The translations under genes and the position numbers were made by a program. The notes under the pieces are model-generated. The model did not search any database and had not been told where the DNA came from. It saw nothing but the letters and a program-made list of their open reading frames with translations. A DNA stretch of 63,562 bases, the filler included, from Stramenopiles sp. TOSAG23-2 (lineage: Eukaryota): assembly GCA_900128395.1 (NCBI GenBank). It is 13 parts of 13 records of this genome, joined end to end, with 100 filler letters (N's around TTAATTAATTAA, not from the genome) between each part and the next. Parts side by side here need not be neighbours in the genome. Positions count along the whole stretch, not along the records: positions 35,755 to 41,595 come from LT650577.1; positions 41,696 to 47,535 come from LT650578.1; positions 47,636 to 53,473 come from LT650579.1; 10 more parts are not named here. One strand, written 5' to 3'. This document shows, in pieces, positions 38,235 to 50,800 of the stretch (its first letter is position 1; each line of letters starts with the position of its first letter).

Positions 38235-41200
38235 TTACTCGTTACCAGTTGCGCTACCCGTTGCACTTCCAGTTTCAGCGCCATCCACCACACCAGTTGC
38301 ACCTCCCGTCGAAGTACTCAACTTCTCAAGCACACCGATGTCCTTCTTCGCCACCTTCTCCATGGCCTCCATGTCAATGGCACCGCCCGTCGATGAAGAC
38401 CCGATTTCTTTGGTCTTACCAAAGGTAATACTAGTTGCTCCGCTTGCGCCTGTACTTCCACTTGCGCCTGTACTTCCACTAGCGCCAGTACTTCCACTAC
38501 CGCTTGCGCCAGTAATTCCGCTTGCGCCTGTTACTTTAACTCCGCTTGCGCCGCTTGAGCCTGTAACTCCTGTTTTACCATTTGCACCAGTATTGCCAAC
38601 GCTTGTTGTAGGTCCATCTAAAACAGCTGCACCAACACTTCCTGTGCTGGTGCTTCCACGTCCAATACCAGTACTCCCTGTACTTCCTGTACTTCTAGTA
38701 CCTCCCGTACTTCCAGTACCTCCAGTTGTGCCACTTGCCCCAGTGATACCACTAGCCCCAGTACTTCCACTAAGACCAGTGGCGAAATCGCCAAGGTCCC
38801 CTTCCAGCTGCTCCTTTGCAGCAGCAACTTTTTGCACATATGCCGCCGCATCACCATCGTCCTCTTCTGCAACACTTCCCGTTGCCTCCACAACAGCCGT
38901 TGCTGTTTCCTTCCGTTGCGGCTTCTTCATCTTGGCCAGCAACTCATCAAGCACTGCCTGTGCTTTCCCAACCTCCTCCACTGCCACGTCAACCTCCTCC
39001 TGGGAAGCACCTCCAAGCTTCTTGGATGCTTTCTTGGCAAGAACAGCATCCTCAGCTTCTTTAAGGGCCAGCTTAGCATCTCGAAGAGCTTGAGCATCAC
39101 TAACCCCTGTCGGCCCAGTCACCCCCGTTGGGCCTGTCACCGGCCCAGGGCCGGTATAGTCATTTAATGACTCTGCCCCTGTTGGTCCAGTCTTTGCAAC
39201 ACCAGTTGCACCAGACTCCGCCCCCGTTTCTGCGCCCGTCTCCGCCCCCGTCTCCGCCCCAGTACCACTAGTACCGCCTGTACTAGCTGTACCACTTAGT
39301 CCTGTTGGACTTAGCCCAGTTGCGCCACTTGCACCACCACCAGTTGACGCCGCACCAATCATACTTCCTAGATTGATGCCAGTAGCTGCCTTCGCCTTGG
39401 CCAGCCTACTGTCCAAGGAAGGATCACCGGAGCCTTCCTCCGGCTCCTCCTTTGCGGCAGCTACGATCTTCGTGATCATAGCTGGGCCAGTGGAAGCAAT
39501 TCCAGTGCTTCCACTCGCCGATCCAGTACTTCCAGTGGATCCGCTTGCGCCAGTACTTCCTGTACTTCCCGTACTTCCCGTACCGCCTGTGGACAAACCA
39601 AATAGGCCAGCAACTCCTTCCACCTTTGCCGCCTCAGCAGCTTTCCTCTTTGCTGCTTCCTCCACCTTGGCTGCCTTCCTCTCCGCAGCCGCCAATCGTT
39701 CAATTGCTGCTTTTCTAGCCTTTTCCTCTGCCAAACTTTCCAAACGTTGACGTTCTAAGTCACGTGCCATCTCCGCCTCCTTCTTCCTTCGTGCTGCAAT
39801 CTTCTTCATCATTGCTACCAGCCTTTTCCCCCCAAGCCGTTTCAATGCTAACAATTTCTTCTTCATCGCCTTCATTTGCGCCTTTAGCGTCTTTAAGTAC
39901 TCGGCCATATCCATCATATGACTTTTCCTCCGTGCCACTTTCAAGTCCGCCTCTTCCACCTCCTTCTGCGCCTTCCTCTTCGCATCCTCCGCGGCAGACG
40001 TGGCATCGGTACCATTACTCCTATCCCCAACCACCCTAGGATCTGGCATTGGATCCCCATGACCCATCAAATACGCTTGTTCTTTCTTCCTCCTCAGAAC
40101 CTTACGTTTCTCGTCCATGTCCTTCGTAGCTAGAACAACTAACGCATCCGCCTTTGCTTGCTCTTCGTGAGCCATTGCAATATCCGCCTTCCCAACACCA
40201 GGCATTTTACTAATTTTCATCAACCTCGCATTGCAAATCTCCAACCTCTCCGTAGCTGTACTCAAACCTTCCAACGCCACTTTAAAATCATCTTCCGCCA
40301 TTTGCCATTGCAATGTTGCACGAAGACGACGCAATTTATCACCTGCATGTGATTTTAACGCATATTTGCCCATGCCTAAACGTTCACTATGCTCCTTCAC
40401 CGCCTTTTCAATCTTCTCATGCTTCAATGCATGTGCTGCATGTTGCTTCACATTCTCCGAATGAACACTTTGCAATTCTTTCACCTCCTCCACCACTTTT
40501 GCCCTTCTACCTTCTAAATTGCTAATATCAATACCAGCACGATTTGCCTCCGTATTAATATTATCCAGATTCGAAACCAAAACCCGCACTTCTTCATTCG
40601 CTTCCTTCAACGTCGCCTTCGCGGCCTCCACAACAAATTTAGCATCAACCCCAGCATCAGCCCCAGCTTTCGCCATCTCCGCTTCCGCTTTACTAAGTGC
40701 CTTCTGTGCAGCAACTACCTTTCTTTTGGCACTACGTAACTTCGCCATTACAACAACTTTATTCGCTTCGAAACTTTTTAATTTTAAACGTAATTTACCT
40801 AAATCAACATCCAATTCTTTCCCTTCCTTGTCTAATAAATCAAGTTTCTTTTTACTTTCAATTGCATTGGTTTCCGCTTCAATTAATTTACCATGAGACA
40901 TTTTAAATACAGTTACTAACTTGCTAAATTCACCTTCACTACCATCTTTTAAAACGTCGACTCCACCTGTCAAATCATTCATCGTTTTCAAAACTTGTTG
41001 TGTGTATTCTTGTGCTTTCTCCTTCGCTACACGAATCTTACCATTTAATTTCAACCTATTTGCTTTTAATTGTTTCACATCTTTCACCGCTTTATTATAT
41101 TCCACGCGCGCCATTTGCATAGGTGACATGCCTACATCAATACCAAATGTTAATGCTTTACTTGCATCGTTGAAATTAACTTTAGCAATTAATAAAGCTT

Positions 41201-41595
41201 TTTCCGCTTCAATTAATTTTTGACGTAATGTTGCCAATAATTTTTTACCAGCTAACGTTATATTACGTAATTTTGCTTTTGCTTTTTCCACTTCCACATT
41301 ATCATATTCTGAATATGGGATGGATTCGTTATTACGAACATGTGGTTGTTTTGGTACAGGATGTGTTGGTACGACGCCGGCTTTTACCATTTTCTTTTTA
41401 TTATTATTAATATTCGTAACACCACCACCAAGTTCTAACAATAAAAAGGATGCTTTTTTCGTCTCTTCTTCATCTTCTAAACCCATATCTTTACTAAATT
41501 TTTTCACATATGGTTCATATTCATCTAAACGAAAACCTAAACCTTCTTTCGGCATATCATATGAATTTGTTTCTGTAAGCGTGTTGTAATGCTGC
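38235..41595 (-). CDS. Long coiled-coil protein with Gly-X-Y (GST/GAT/GPT) triplet repeats; probably 5'-truncated
   Basis: The frame is open to the contig edge beyond ATG 41555. It has ~550 aa of A/K/E heptads, then several G-x-[TS] triplet runs. GC content is visibly higher than in neighbouring genes. Confidence 0.8.
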
Positions 41596-41695
41596 NNNNN
41601 NNNNNNNNNNNNNNNNNNNNNNNNNNNNNNNNNNNNNNNTTAATTAATTAANNNNNNNNNNNNNNNNNNNNNNNNNNNNNNNNNNNNNNNNNNNN

Positions 41696-41750
41696 TTTTT
41701 ATTTTTATTAGCTGCTTCAATTTCTCCTTTTGACATTTGTGACATTCGTT
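41696..41750 (-). repeat. Inverted copy of formin coding sequence 46809-46863 at the contig start
   Basis: Its reverse complement is AACGAATGTCACAAATGTCAAAAGGAGAAATTGAAGCAGCTAATAAAAATAAAAA, which is found in the formin CDS. Confidence 0.92.
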
Positions 41751-42193
41751 CTTCTTGGAAGTCGTCGACTCGACGTGTTTTGAATGAAAAATAAATTGAA
41801 TTATTGACTGATGACTCTCTATATAATACTAATACAAATGATCAACAAATATATCAAATCGAATAATTTTAAAACAACATATATATATATATATATATAG
41901 ATAGATACAATATTTAATAAACGTACTTATATATATAAATTTGTGGGAAAAAAATCAACAAAAGTAACTTTTTTTTTTCTTTATAATAAACAACAACATC
42001 ATCAAATTTTAAAATTATTCAATAATATTTATTATTTTAGTCAATTATTAATAAAATTAGTAAAAAAAAAGAAAGCAAAAACACAATCATAATATAGATA
42101 GTGTACATATTAAGTGTGTGTATAAATATATATAAACAAACGAACACACACACATACGAACATACGCAACCATCTATATAATAGAAACAAAAT

Positions 42194-45100
42194 ATGAGTA
42201 GACAAAAACGTCTACCACGTGCAAGTATTTTTGATACACTTGTAAATGGTTTTTTTTCATCATCAAGTCAAGTAGATAAGATAGAAGTTGATGATAATAA
42301 TAATAATAATAATAATAAAAATAACAACAATAAAAATAAAAACAACGTATCATCCTCCAAAATGCCAACAATAACATTATCAAGTGGAAATAAAAAATCA
42401 TCCACATCTCGACGTCATACCATTGCATTATCTAATTCAAAACAGCCACCACGTAAATCATTTTCACCTGAACATATAACACATAAATCAGTGAAAAATG
42501 TTAAAACATCAGATGTTGATATGCAAGCAATAACTGATAGGTTATTATGTATGGGAAGACCATGGGAAAATCGTACCTCAAAAGAAAGCCGACGGAACAA
42601 TGTATACGATATAAGTGCCGTTTTAAATAAACGTTATGATGATCTATATTTAGTATTTAATTTATCAAATGGTAGAGTATATCCATTGAAACCATTTAAT
42701 TACCAAGTCTTACAATTTGAACCAGAACGAAGTATGGATATTGATAAAATGGGTTGTCCATCCTTAGAAGAAATTTTTAATGTATGTTATGCAATTAAAT
42801 TTTGGTTAAACTTAAATTATAGTAACATCGCAGTATTGCATTGTGACAATGGAGTAAGGCGTACGAAATTATTTGCTGCATGTTATTTGCTTTTTAGTGG
42901 CGAATGCAAAACAATGGATGAAGCATTATTATTATTTTATCGTAAACGTTTACGAAAACCAAATTATACCATGTTAGATGTATTAAAACATATGTCTTCA
43001 AGTGCAAAGCAAGTTACACAACATTTTGCACGAATTCATGATTTAAAAGGCGGTTTACCAAATAGAAAACCATTAGTATTAAGAAGTATATTGATTCATA
43101 ATTTACCAACAGATTTTGAGGATCAAGTTGCACCATATATTGAATTGTATGAAGGACATCGTAAAATTTTTAGTAGTCAAGATGAAATCGATGCATTAAT
43201 ACATTGGGAGGAAAATGGTTCAAATTGTGTAATACAACCATACACAACAGATGATGATGGGGAACATGAACCATTAGTAGTCCATGGGGAGATATTATTA
43301 GTATGTTATAGCTCTACAGCAACATCGTTGGAACATGAATCGTTTGAACGGCCTATTTTTCAATATAGATTTCATACATCGTTTTTAGAAGTTGGCGTAG
43401 TTGATTTAGATCATCAAGCAATTGATATATTATATAAAAAAAGTGAATATGCTGCTCAACAATTTAAATTGCAATTAATATTACATCAATGTCCACCGGA
43501 AAACATGCCATTGCGATCAAGGCTTGTTGGTGCTAATTTAGGATTGACGGGTGCACATGCGAATTATAATGGACTTGCTTGCATTACGCAAACACATGGT
43601 GTTATTGCTGATCAAACAATTCATGAAAAATTAATGAACATGGGATATATGAACCAAGCAGTTGTATTAGCATGTCAACGATCGGATAATGATTATGAGA
43701 AAGCACATGAAATATTAGAGGATATTCATCGTCAAATAGAAAAAGATCTAAATATTGTAAAAAATAAAACTCCAAAACGTGGTGGTAATATTAATAGTAG
43801 TAGCAGTAGTAGTAGTAGTAGTAATGGTGGTGGTGGTGGTGGTGGTACAAGAGGTAGTGGGCATGCAGCAATATTAGATATGTCACCAACTACAAATTTA
43901 CGACGTGAAATTCATTACGATACAAATTTAATACGTATGACACCAAATAAAACACCTGATCAAAGTAATAATAATAATAATAAACAAAACGACAATAACA
44001 ATAATAATAACAATACTCAAGATACCCTTGATGTACGACGAACCTTGTCATTTGAAGAGAAACAAAAATACAATGATAAATTATTTGAACAATGGACACA
44101 AGTATTTGAAAATTTAAATGGTTTCAATGTGAATAAACCATGGATTGTTGTTTTGTATCGCCATGATATTGACGATCACGCAGTTCTATATAGTTTAACG
44201 CATTGTGATAAAAATCAAACAGTAACAGTGGAACCTGCGCAAACAACATTTACATATCAAGCAGAACATAGTGTAGTATGGGATTTAACTAGCAGTGAGA
44301 TTAACGACGATACTGGTAACCGTGGTGGTAATAGTAACAACAATAACAAGCATCATCCTAGAGGATATGCAAACCATGAATGGTTATGCATGGTCCAATC
44401 AGAAATTAGCTCATTTGTCTTAAGACGACTTTCCATGGATTTAATAGATTACAATGCTAGACATTATAGACGCACGTTATCATTGGATCAATCCAGGCAA
44501 TTACAAAATAACATCATGAATTATAAAAATAAACGATGGAATGTTACACAACGAAAAGGGGCGGGAAATAACACAAATGGTTCATCCAGTAATTTATTAG
44601 AAAATAAACAAATGGTATTTATAAATTTAGAAACAAAACAAGCGTTTTCCCCAACAATACGATCTGGGGAATTTTCAATACCCAACAACAAAAGATTAAT
44701 TTTATTGAGACAAATTATGTATAACTATTTAGATGCAAATATGTTAATTAAAATAATTACAAATGGGCATGAAGAGGCGAATATTACCGATAATATATCT
44801 GGGAATACTATTGCTTCATCATTAGCCCTTGCAATTCAAGCTGCTACTGGTAATACTGGCGGTGCATTGAATGTTGCACAAATTTTGGAAGACGGTGCAG
44901 AAATTGTAATTCGAAAATCTGGCTCCAATGCTAGAACTAATAATAATAATAATAATAACAACAACAACAATAGTATTAATACCTCAGGCGCTACTACTAA
45001 AAAAAAAACACCTGTTATATTTGGTGCAGGAGGTAGAAGTGCTACCCAAGCAACACCAATGGCAATGCCATCGAGGAATAATAATAATTATGACCAGGAA

Positions 45101-47535
45101 ATGAACCAATTAAAAAACCACGGTGAAAAAAGGTATAGCCGGAATAGAAATGCACAAACAGTTGATGAAAATGATTTGCACCATTTAATGTCTGTAATGA
45201 AGACCAAAGTGAAACGAAATGTATCAACAACAAAGAAGACACGGAATCAACGAATACGGGAAGCATTAGATGGTAAAACAAATCCAAGTGGAAGTTCTGG
45301 TGGTAATGGTTTTATCAATACCAGCATTGAAAATAATGGCAAATTGTCGTCTATAGAAGAGTATAACGATGATAATGGTATCACTACAGATAATAATGAT
45401 CGTTTCCCTGTATTTCCAGGTTTTACTAAAAAAGGAAAACTACGCCAACCAGCATCAGGTAATAGTGGGTATAATAATCCAGTTGGTGCAAATATGCCAT
45501 CAGGTAATGGAAATGGTTCTGGCCCAGGATGGGGTGGTGATGGAACAGTTGATCATGGATTAGGACCAGGTTGGGGGCGTGGAAATGGTAATGGAAAAGG
45601 ACCAGGATTTGGTGGTGGAGGAGGAAATGGGAATGGTTCTGGCCCAGGATGGGGTGGTGATGGATCAGTTGATCATGGATTAGGACCAGGTTGGGGGCGT
45701 GGAAATGGAAATGGCAGTGGGCCAGGATATGGTAGAGGAGGAGGACCTGGAAATGGTAGTGGAAGTGGTGGGGGTAATGGTAATTTTTACCAAGGTAATA
45801 ACGATCGTAGTGGTATGGTCCCACCCCCACCTCCCCCCCCAGAACCACCAGCGCCTCCACCACCTCCACCACCAGAGAAAGAGGATCCACAACAAGCATT
45901 GATGAATGCTATAAAGAACAAAGGAAAAGGTACATCACCATCGAGCAATTTATTGTCAAAAGAACAAAATGAAAAATATGCAAAAATGAAAAAAATGGGT
46001 CTTCCAGAAGGTGCAATTAGACATAAGATGATGCAAGATGGAATATCAAATGAGGGAATTGAATCATTTTTCAATCAAGTCAGTGGAGAAACCATTAATG
46101 ATGGAAAAAATGCGAAAAAAATAGAAAATCCAAAACTTACGAAATATATAAAAATGAAAAAGATGGGATTACCAGATGGTGCTATTCGGCATAAAATGAT
46201 GCAAGATGGCATTTCCGATGATTTAATGAATGAATTTTTCAATAGTGGAAATACCATCATGAAATCAAAACCAGTCAAGAAAGAACCAAAGGAGGAGAAA
46301 TTACCACCGTTAGATGAAAAAATTGTTGGTAAATATCGTAAAATGAAGAAAATGGGCTTACCAGATGGTGCAATACAACATAAAATGGTACAAGATGGCA
46401 TTGACCAGGCAATTATTAACCAATTTTTTAACATTAAAACGGCAAAAAATAAGTCCAAGATCGATATAAACAATCCAATATTTGATCCATATAAAAAGAT
46501 GAAGAAAGCCGGGTTGCCACCACCAGTTATTAAACATAAAATGACGATGGATGGCCGCACACAGGAAGAAATCCAAGCGTTCTTTGGTGAAAATGCAACG
46601 ATGACAAAAGAGCGAGCTGCCTTGATTGCTAAGAAGAAACAAGAAAGCAAATTTAAAAAATTACATTGGCAAACGTTGGATGAATCGAAATTAGAAAATA
46701 GTGTTTGGGCGACGAAAATGGATGACGAGGATGACGAAGATGAATTAGATTTAGAAAATTTGAAATCATTATTTGGCAACAGTCCAAAAAACAAGAAGAA
46801 AAAGAAGAAACGAATGTCACAAATGTCAAAAGGAGAAATTGAAGCAGCTAATAAAAATAAAAAGAATGTCCGTTTATTGGATTCAAAACGTGCATACAAC
46901 GTCGAGATCTCTTTAAGTAACGAATGTCACAAATGTCAAAAGGAGAAATTGAAGCAGCTAATAAAAATAAAAAGAATGTCCGTTTATTGGATTCAAAACG
47001 TGCATACAACGTCGAGATCTCTTTAAGTAAATTTCGTAAATTTGAATCCTATGAAGCTATTGGAGATGCTATTGAAAATTCAGATAATCGCTTAGATCTT
47101 GATATGTATATATTATTAAAGAAAATTTATCCAACTTCGACAGAGACGACGGTGTTAAAGCGGTATCGTGGGGAAGTACAATCCCTTGGAAAGGCGGAGC
47201 AATTTCAATTGGCAATGCTACGCGTGCCAAGGTGCTTGGAAAAAATAGATTGTTCCTTATTTTGCGTTGAGTTTCCACAATTAATTGATGAGTTGAATGC
47301 AAAAATGGATTTATTAATCAAGACTAGTGATGCTATAGTAAAATGTGATCCGCTAGTCAATGTATTGAAAAAAGTCTTAAAAGTTGGAAATACGATGAAT
47401 CAAGGCACTCGCAGTGGTGGTGCAAAAGGATTTACATTAGACTCATTATCCAAATTATCTACAACAAAAGGTGCAGATAAAAAGACGACGGTATTAGATG
47501 TTGTTGTTGCTATGATATTTAAAAAAACGCTTAGC
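42194..47535 (+). CDS. Formin with N-terminal PTEN-like phosphatase + C2 domains, Gly-rich repeat, FH1, four KMKKMGLP repeats and FH2; 3'-truncated, frameshifted by a 110-nt duplication
   Basis: PTEN-like ITDRLLCMG, YLVFNLS and VLHCDNGVRRT; C2-like PYIELY..FQYRFHTSF; poly-Pro FH1; FH2 motifs KKLHWQ, LLDSKRAYNVEISL and VLKVGNTMNQGT..GGAKGFTLDSLSKL. Removing 46811-46920 joins the two ORFs in frame. Confidence 0.93.
45503..45735 (+). repeat. In-frame 120-nt Gly-rich repeat (GNGNGSGPGWGGDGxVDHGLGPGWGRG) x2
   Basis: Two copies with several substitutions, immediately upstream of FH1. Confidence 0.85.
46811..47030. repeat. Exact 110-nt tandem duplication inside FH2
   Basis: CGAATGTCACAAATG...CTCTTTAAGTAA occurs at 46811-46920 and 46921-47030. 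Confidence 0.95.
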
Positions 47536-47804
47536 NNNNNNNNNNNNNNNNNNNNNNNNNNNNNNNNNNNNNNNNNNNNTTAATTAATTAANNNNNNNNN
47601 NNNNNNNNNNNNNNNNNNNNNNNNNNNNNNNNNNNCAGCAAAGAAGGAAGACGTAATAATGGTAACCGTCATGTGCAAATACAAGAAATGCAAGAACAGC
47701 AACGACCTTCATCTAGGCATAGTTTTCAAAATTACATTTCGAGTGATCGGTAGAGAGGGTGTTTACGCACATAATTTATTTTTTAATTTACTCATAATAA
47801 AAAT

Positions 47805-50800
47805 TCAGTTATTGATCTCTACATCTTTATCTTTTGCATCTTGTAATTTCTTTTTTGGAATAGAGGTTGCTCCACCAAGTAATGCTTCTAACTCTGCTTG
47901 TAATGATTTTGCCTCAACAATTGCAGCTTCTTCTGCTTCATCATCATCATCATCAAACGCTTGTTCCTGGCGTGCTTGTGCATCTGCAATTTTTGCTTCT
48001 AGTTCATCCACTTTTGCTTGATCAATCGTGGGCTTAGATTTTTCTACTATTGCCTTTTCCAGCTCTTTTATCGCAACTTTTAATGCCTTTGCATTTGCTC
48101 TTGCAATTGTCAATTCGTCGTCACTTCCTCTCATTGCATCTTTTACTTCTTTTTTTGCTACATTTAAATCCTCTTTTAATTTTGCCAGTTGTTCATCATC
48201 GGAGAGTATTGGTTCCACAACCTCGGGGATAAAACTCAAATCAACAGCCTTTAATTCACCACTCTTCAGTCGCTGAAGAGTTTCTTTCTGTGGTTTTGCT
48301 TGATATTGGTACCCCATAATTTCGTATTTTTTCACTATTTTGCTCAAGGCATCTATGTCCCCTTTCCATCGCGCGATTTCAGCCTGTATTATCATTGTAC
48401 TATTTGGTAGCACTTCCACCTCTAGACTGTATGCGAGAGCTTTTTCCAATGATGCAAATGCTTCGTAGAATGGCCTATCTTTCAACAATAATGTAATTCG
48501 TGCCACATATACTTGCAAACCACAACGAAAAACTCCAGGACTGAATTTTGCATATAGTTCAATGCTTTTGCGGATTTCTTTCATCGCGATTCTATGCCGG
48601 TCAGCATTACCATTTACAATAGTGTAATTATACACCATAATTACAGCTTCAATTAAGTTACTGTGGAATGCTTCTAAGTGGGTTAAGACAGGGACCATAA
48701 GACCGGCCATGCCACGAGTGGAAGCAGTGTAAGCCTCTTCACATAAAGTTAACGCCAATTCCCAATCTTTATCAAGGCAAACACCAACTAACACTATTCT
48801 CCGGGCTTGGTAAACCCACCCAGAGTAAGGAAAATCACCTTTTGTATCTGGAAATACCTGTTTCATGTTTATAAACTTATTATAATATTCACGCATCTTT
48901 TTAGTGTCCCCTTTTATGAGGGCGGTATAAAGTAAAGCAAAAGTTTTGTTTTGGTAACCAACCTGTGGAGTGCGGTGTATGAAAGTGTGACATGTCAGAG
49001 ATCTTTATCTACTGCGGGTTAAGGAGAGTAGAAATTTACTTACTGCCTTTTGGTCCTGTAGAGCTTCAGAATCGTATTTTATCATTTGCATACGATTTGC
49101 ATAGTGATTATACAACTTAAAATCTCCAAGTGAGAGATGTGCTAACGCCAATTGCCAGAGATGCTCAAGCTGATAAGATGAGTACTTTAAATTTCCATCA
49201 ATTAAAGAGAAGCTTTCTTGCAGTCTTGGAAGTCCATTTTTAACCATTTCTGGCGCAACTACAACATACCAATTAAATGGTAAATGAATTGCTGCAGCAC
49301 GATGTTGGGGTTTTAATCGCTTGTTTTCAGACAATATAGTTAGGCGGCGGTATACTCTGCGCACTGCACCAGCATCTCTCTGCATCAACCTACTTCGGTT
49401 TAGTTGTGGCCAAGTAGAATGAAGTTCATACCATATGTCAATATTGTTTTGTTTAAAAGCCATAATCATCCCAATGTAAAGATACCATTCACTTATATCC
49501 ATAATTTCGTCCGTCGTGTATCCATATTGTTCTCGGACAAGTTTTCTGAAAGCCATTGCTCCACTGCCAGTCCCATACATATCTGCAAATTCCAAACACA
49601 GAATCAATTTTGCTCGATCTATATCATCAATTTCGCCTTCTACAAAAGTTGGAACGTCATCCATCTCCTCATACTCTCGTTGCAGTTTTTCGACTGAAGC
49701 CATTGAGCGCTTTTGTGGCAGGAATGATTGGTCGTTCAACGCGTGCATTGCTTCCCATGCTAAATTTTGCGCTGCGTTGTTATCACCGAAGGATCTTCTA
49801 GCATATGACAAGAGAGCTACCCAATATGGTATTTTCTTACTCCCACTTCCTTTGCTATATGCAACAGCCTGGCTCAATGAATTTACGCATTCTTTATAAG
49901 CACCAATTTCCAAAGCTTTTAATGCAGCATTTTGTAACATTTCACAACCTCGATCTACTTCACCACTACGCAACCAATGAAATGCCAAGACATCCATCTC
50001 AAATTTTACAGTTGAATTTTCATACTCTACAACAATTGCTTTATGTACTTGTCGTCTCTGTGAATCAAGCATTAAATTATGCGCACATTCAGTAATAATT
50101 TGATGAGTAAACTTCATCATTTTACTAACCGATTCTCCCGTGACAGCTACAACCAAGCCACGTGCAGCTAATATCTCCAACGTATTTTGCAAATGAAATT
50201 CATCTTTTGATGATAAAAATTGAGGTGCAACATTCATCAAATTTTCTTGACGAAATTCAAATCCAAAGCATGAACATACTTTTATTAATACTTTTGCTTC
50301 TTCATCCAAACTATCAATACGCTCATGAACAGTATCCATAATCGAGCTTGGAAATTTAATTTGATTAATATCCCCTGTGAATGATATATTTCCACTATCA
50401 TCTGTTTTTACCATATCGCGTTCTTTTAACCAGTTAGTCATGGAGGACAAATACATTGGAATACCTCCAGCTTTTTGGTCCATTAATTTGACAAAGTCAT
50501 CGCTTACTTTGTTATTACCGACACCGAGCGTCTTTGCAATCAAACTGCGCATAGTGTCATGATCCATCGTACCCAATTCCATCAAAGTGATACTACTATT
50601 TTCTTTCAAAGCGGCTAATATACGAGAAAACTTAACACGGTCATCATCCTCCAACCAATCATCTTCAAGTTTTTCTTCGTCGCTTTTCAATGCTTGATCC
50701 ACACCACCAGCCTTTTGTTGAGATATCATATTTGGTGGGCGCGTTACAACCATCACAATGCTATTTTCTGATAGCTGTGGCAATACCATTTGTAACATAA

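Noticed and set aside
38224-39093. 289-aa Pro/Val/Leu-rich plus-strand ORF
   Set aside because: It is the antisense shadow of the Gly/Ser/Thr repeat gene. The same applies to 16475..17128, 46075..46899, 63228..63542 and most other short overlapping ORFs.
48896-49005. Two separate genes, or stop-codon readthrough, after the cyclase ORF
   Set aside because: A canonical 81-nt GT-AG intron (48963-49043) joins them in frame.
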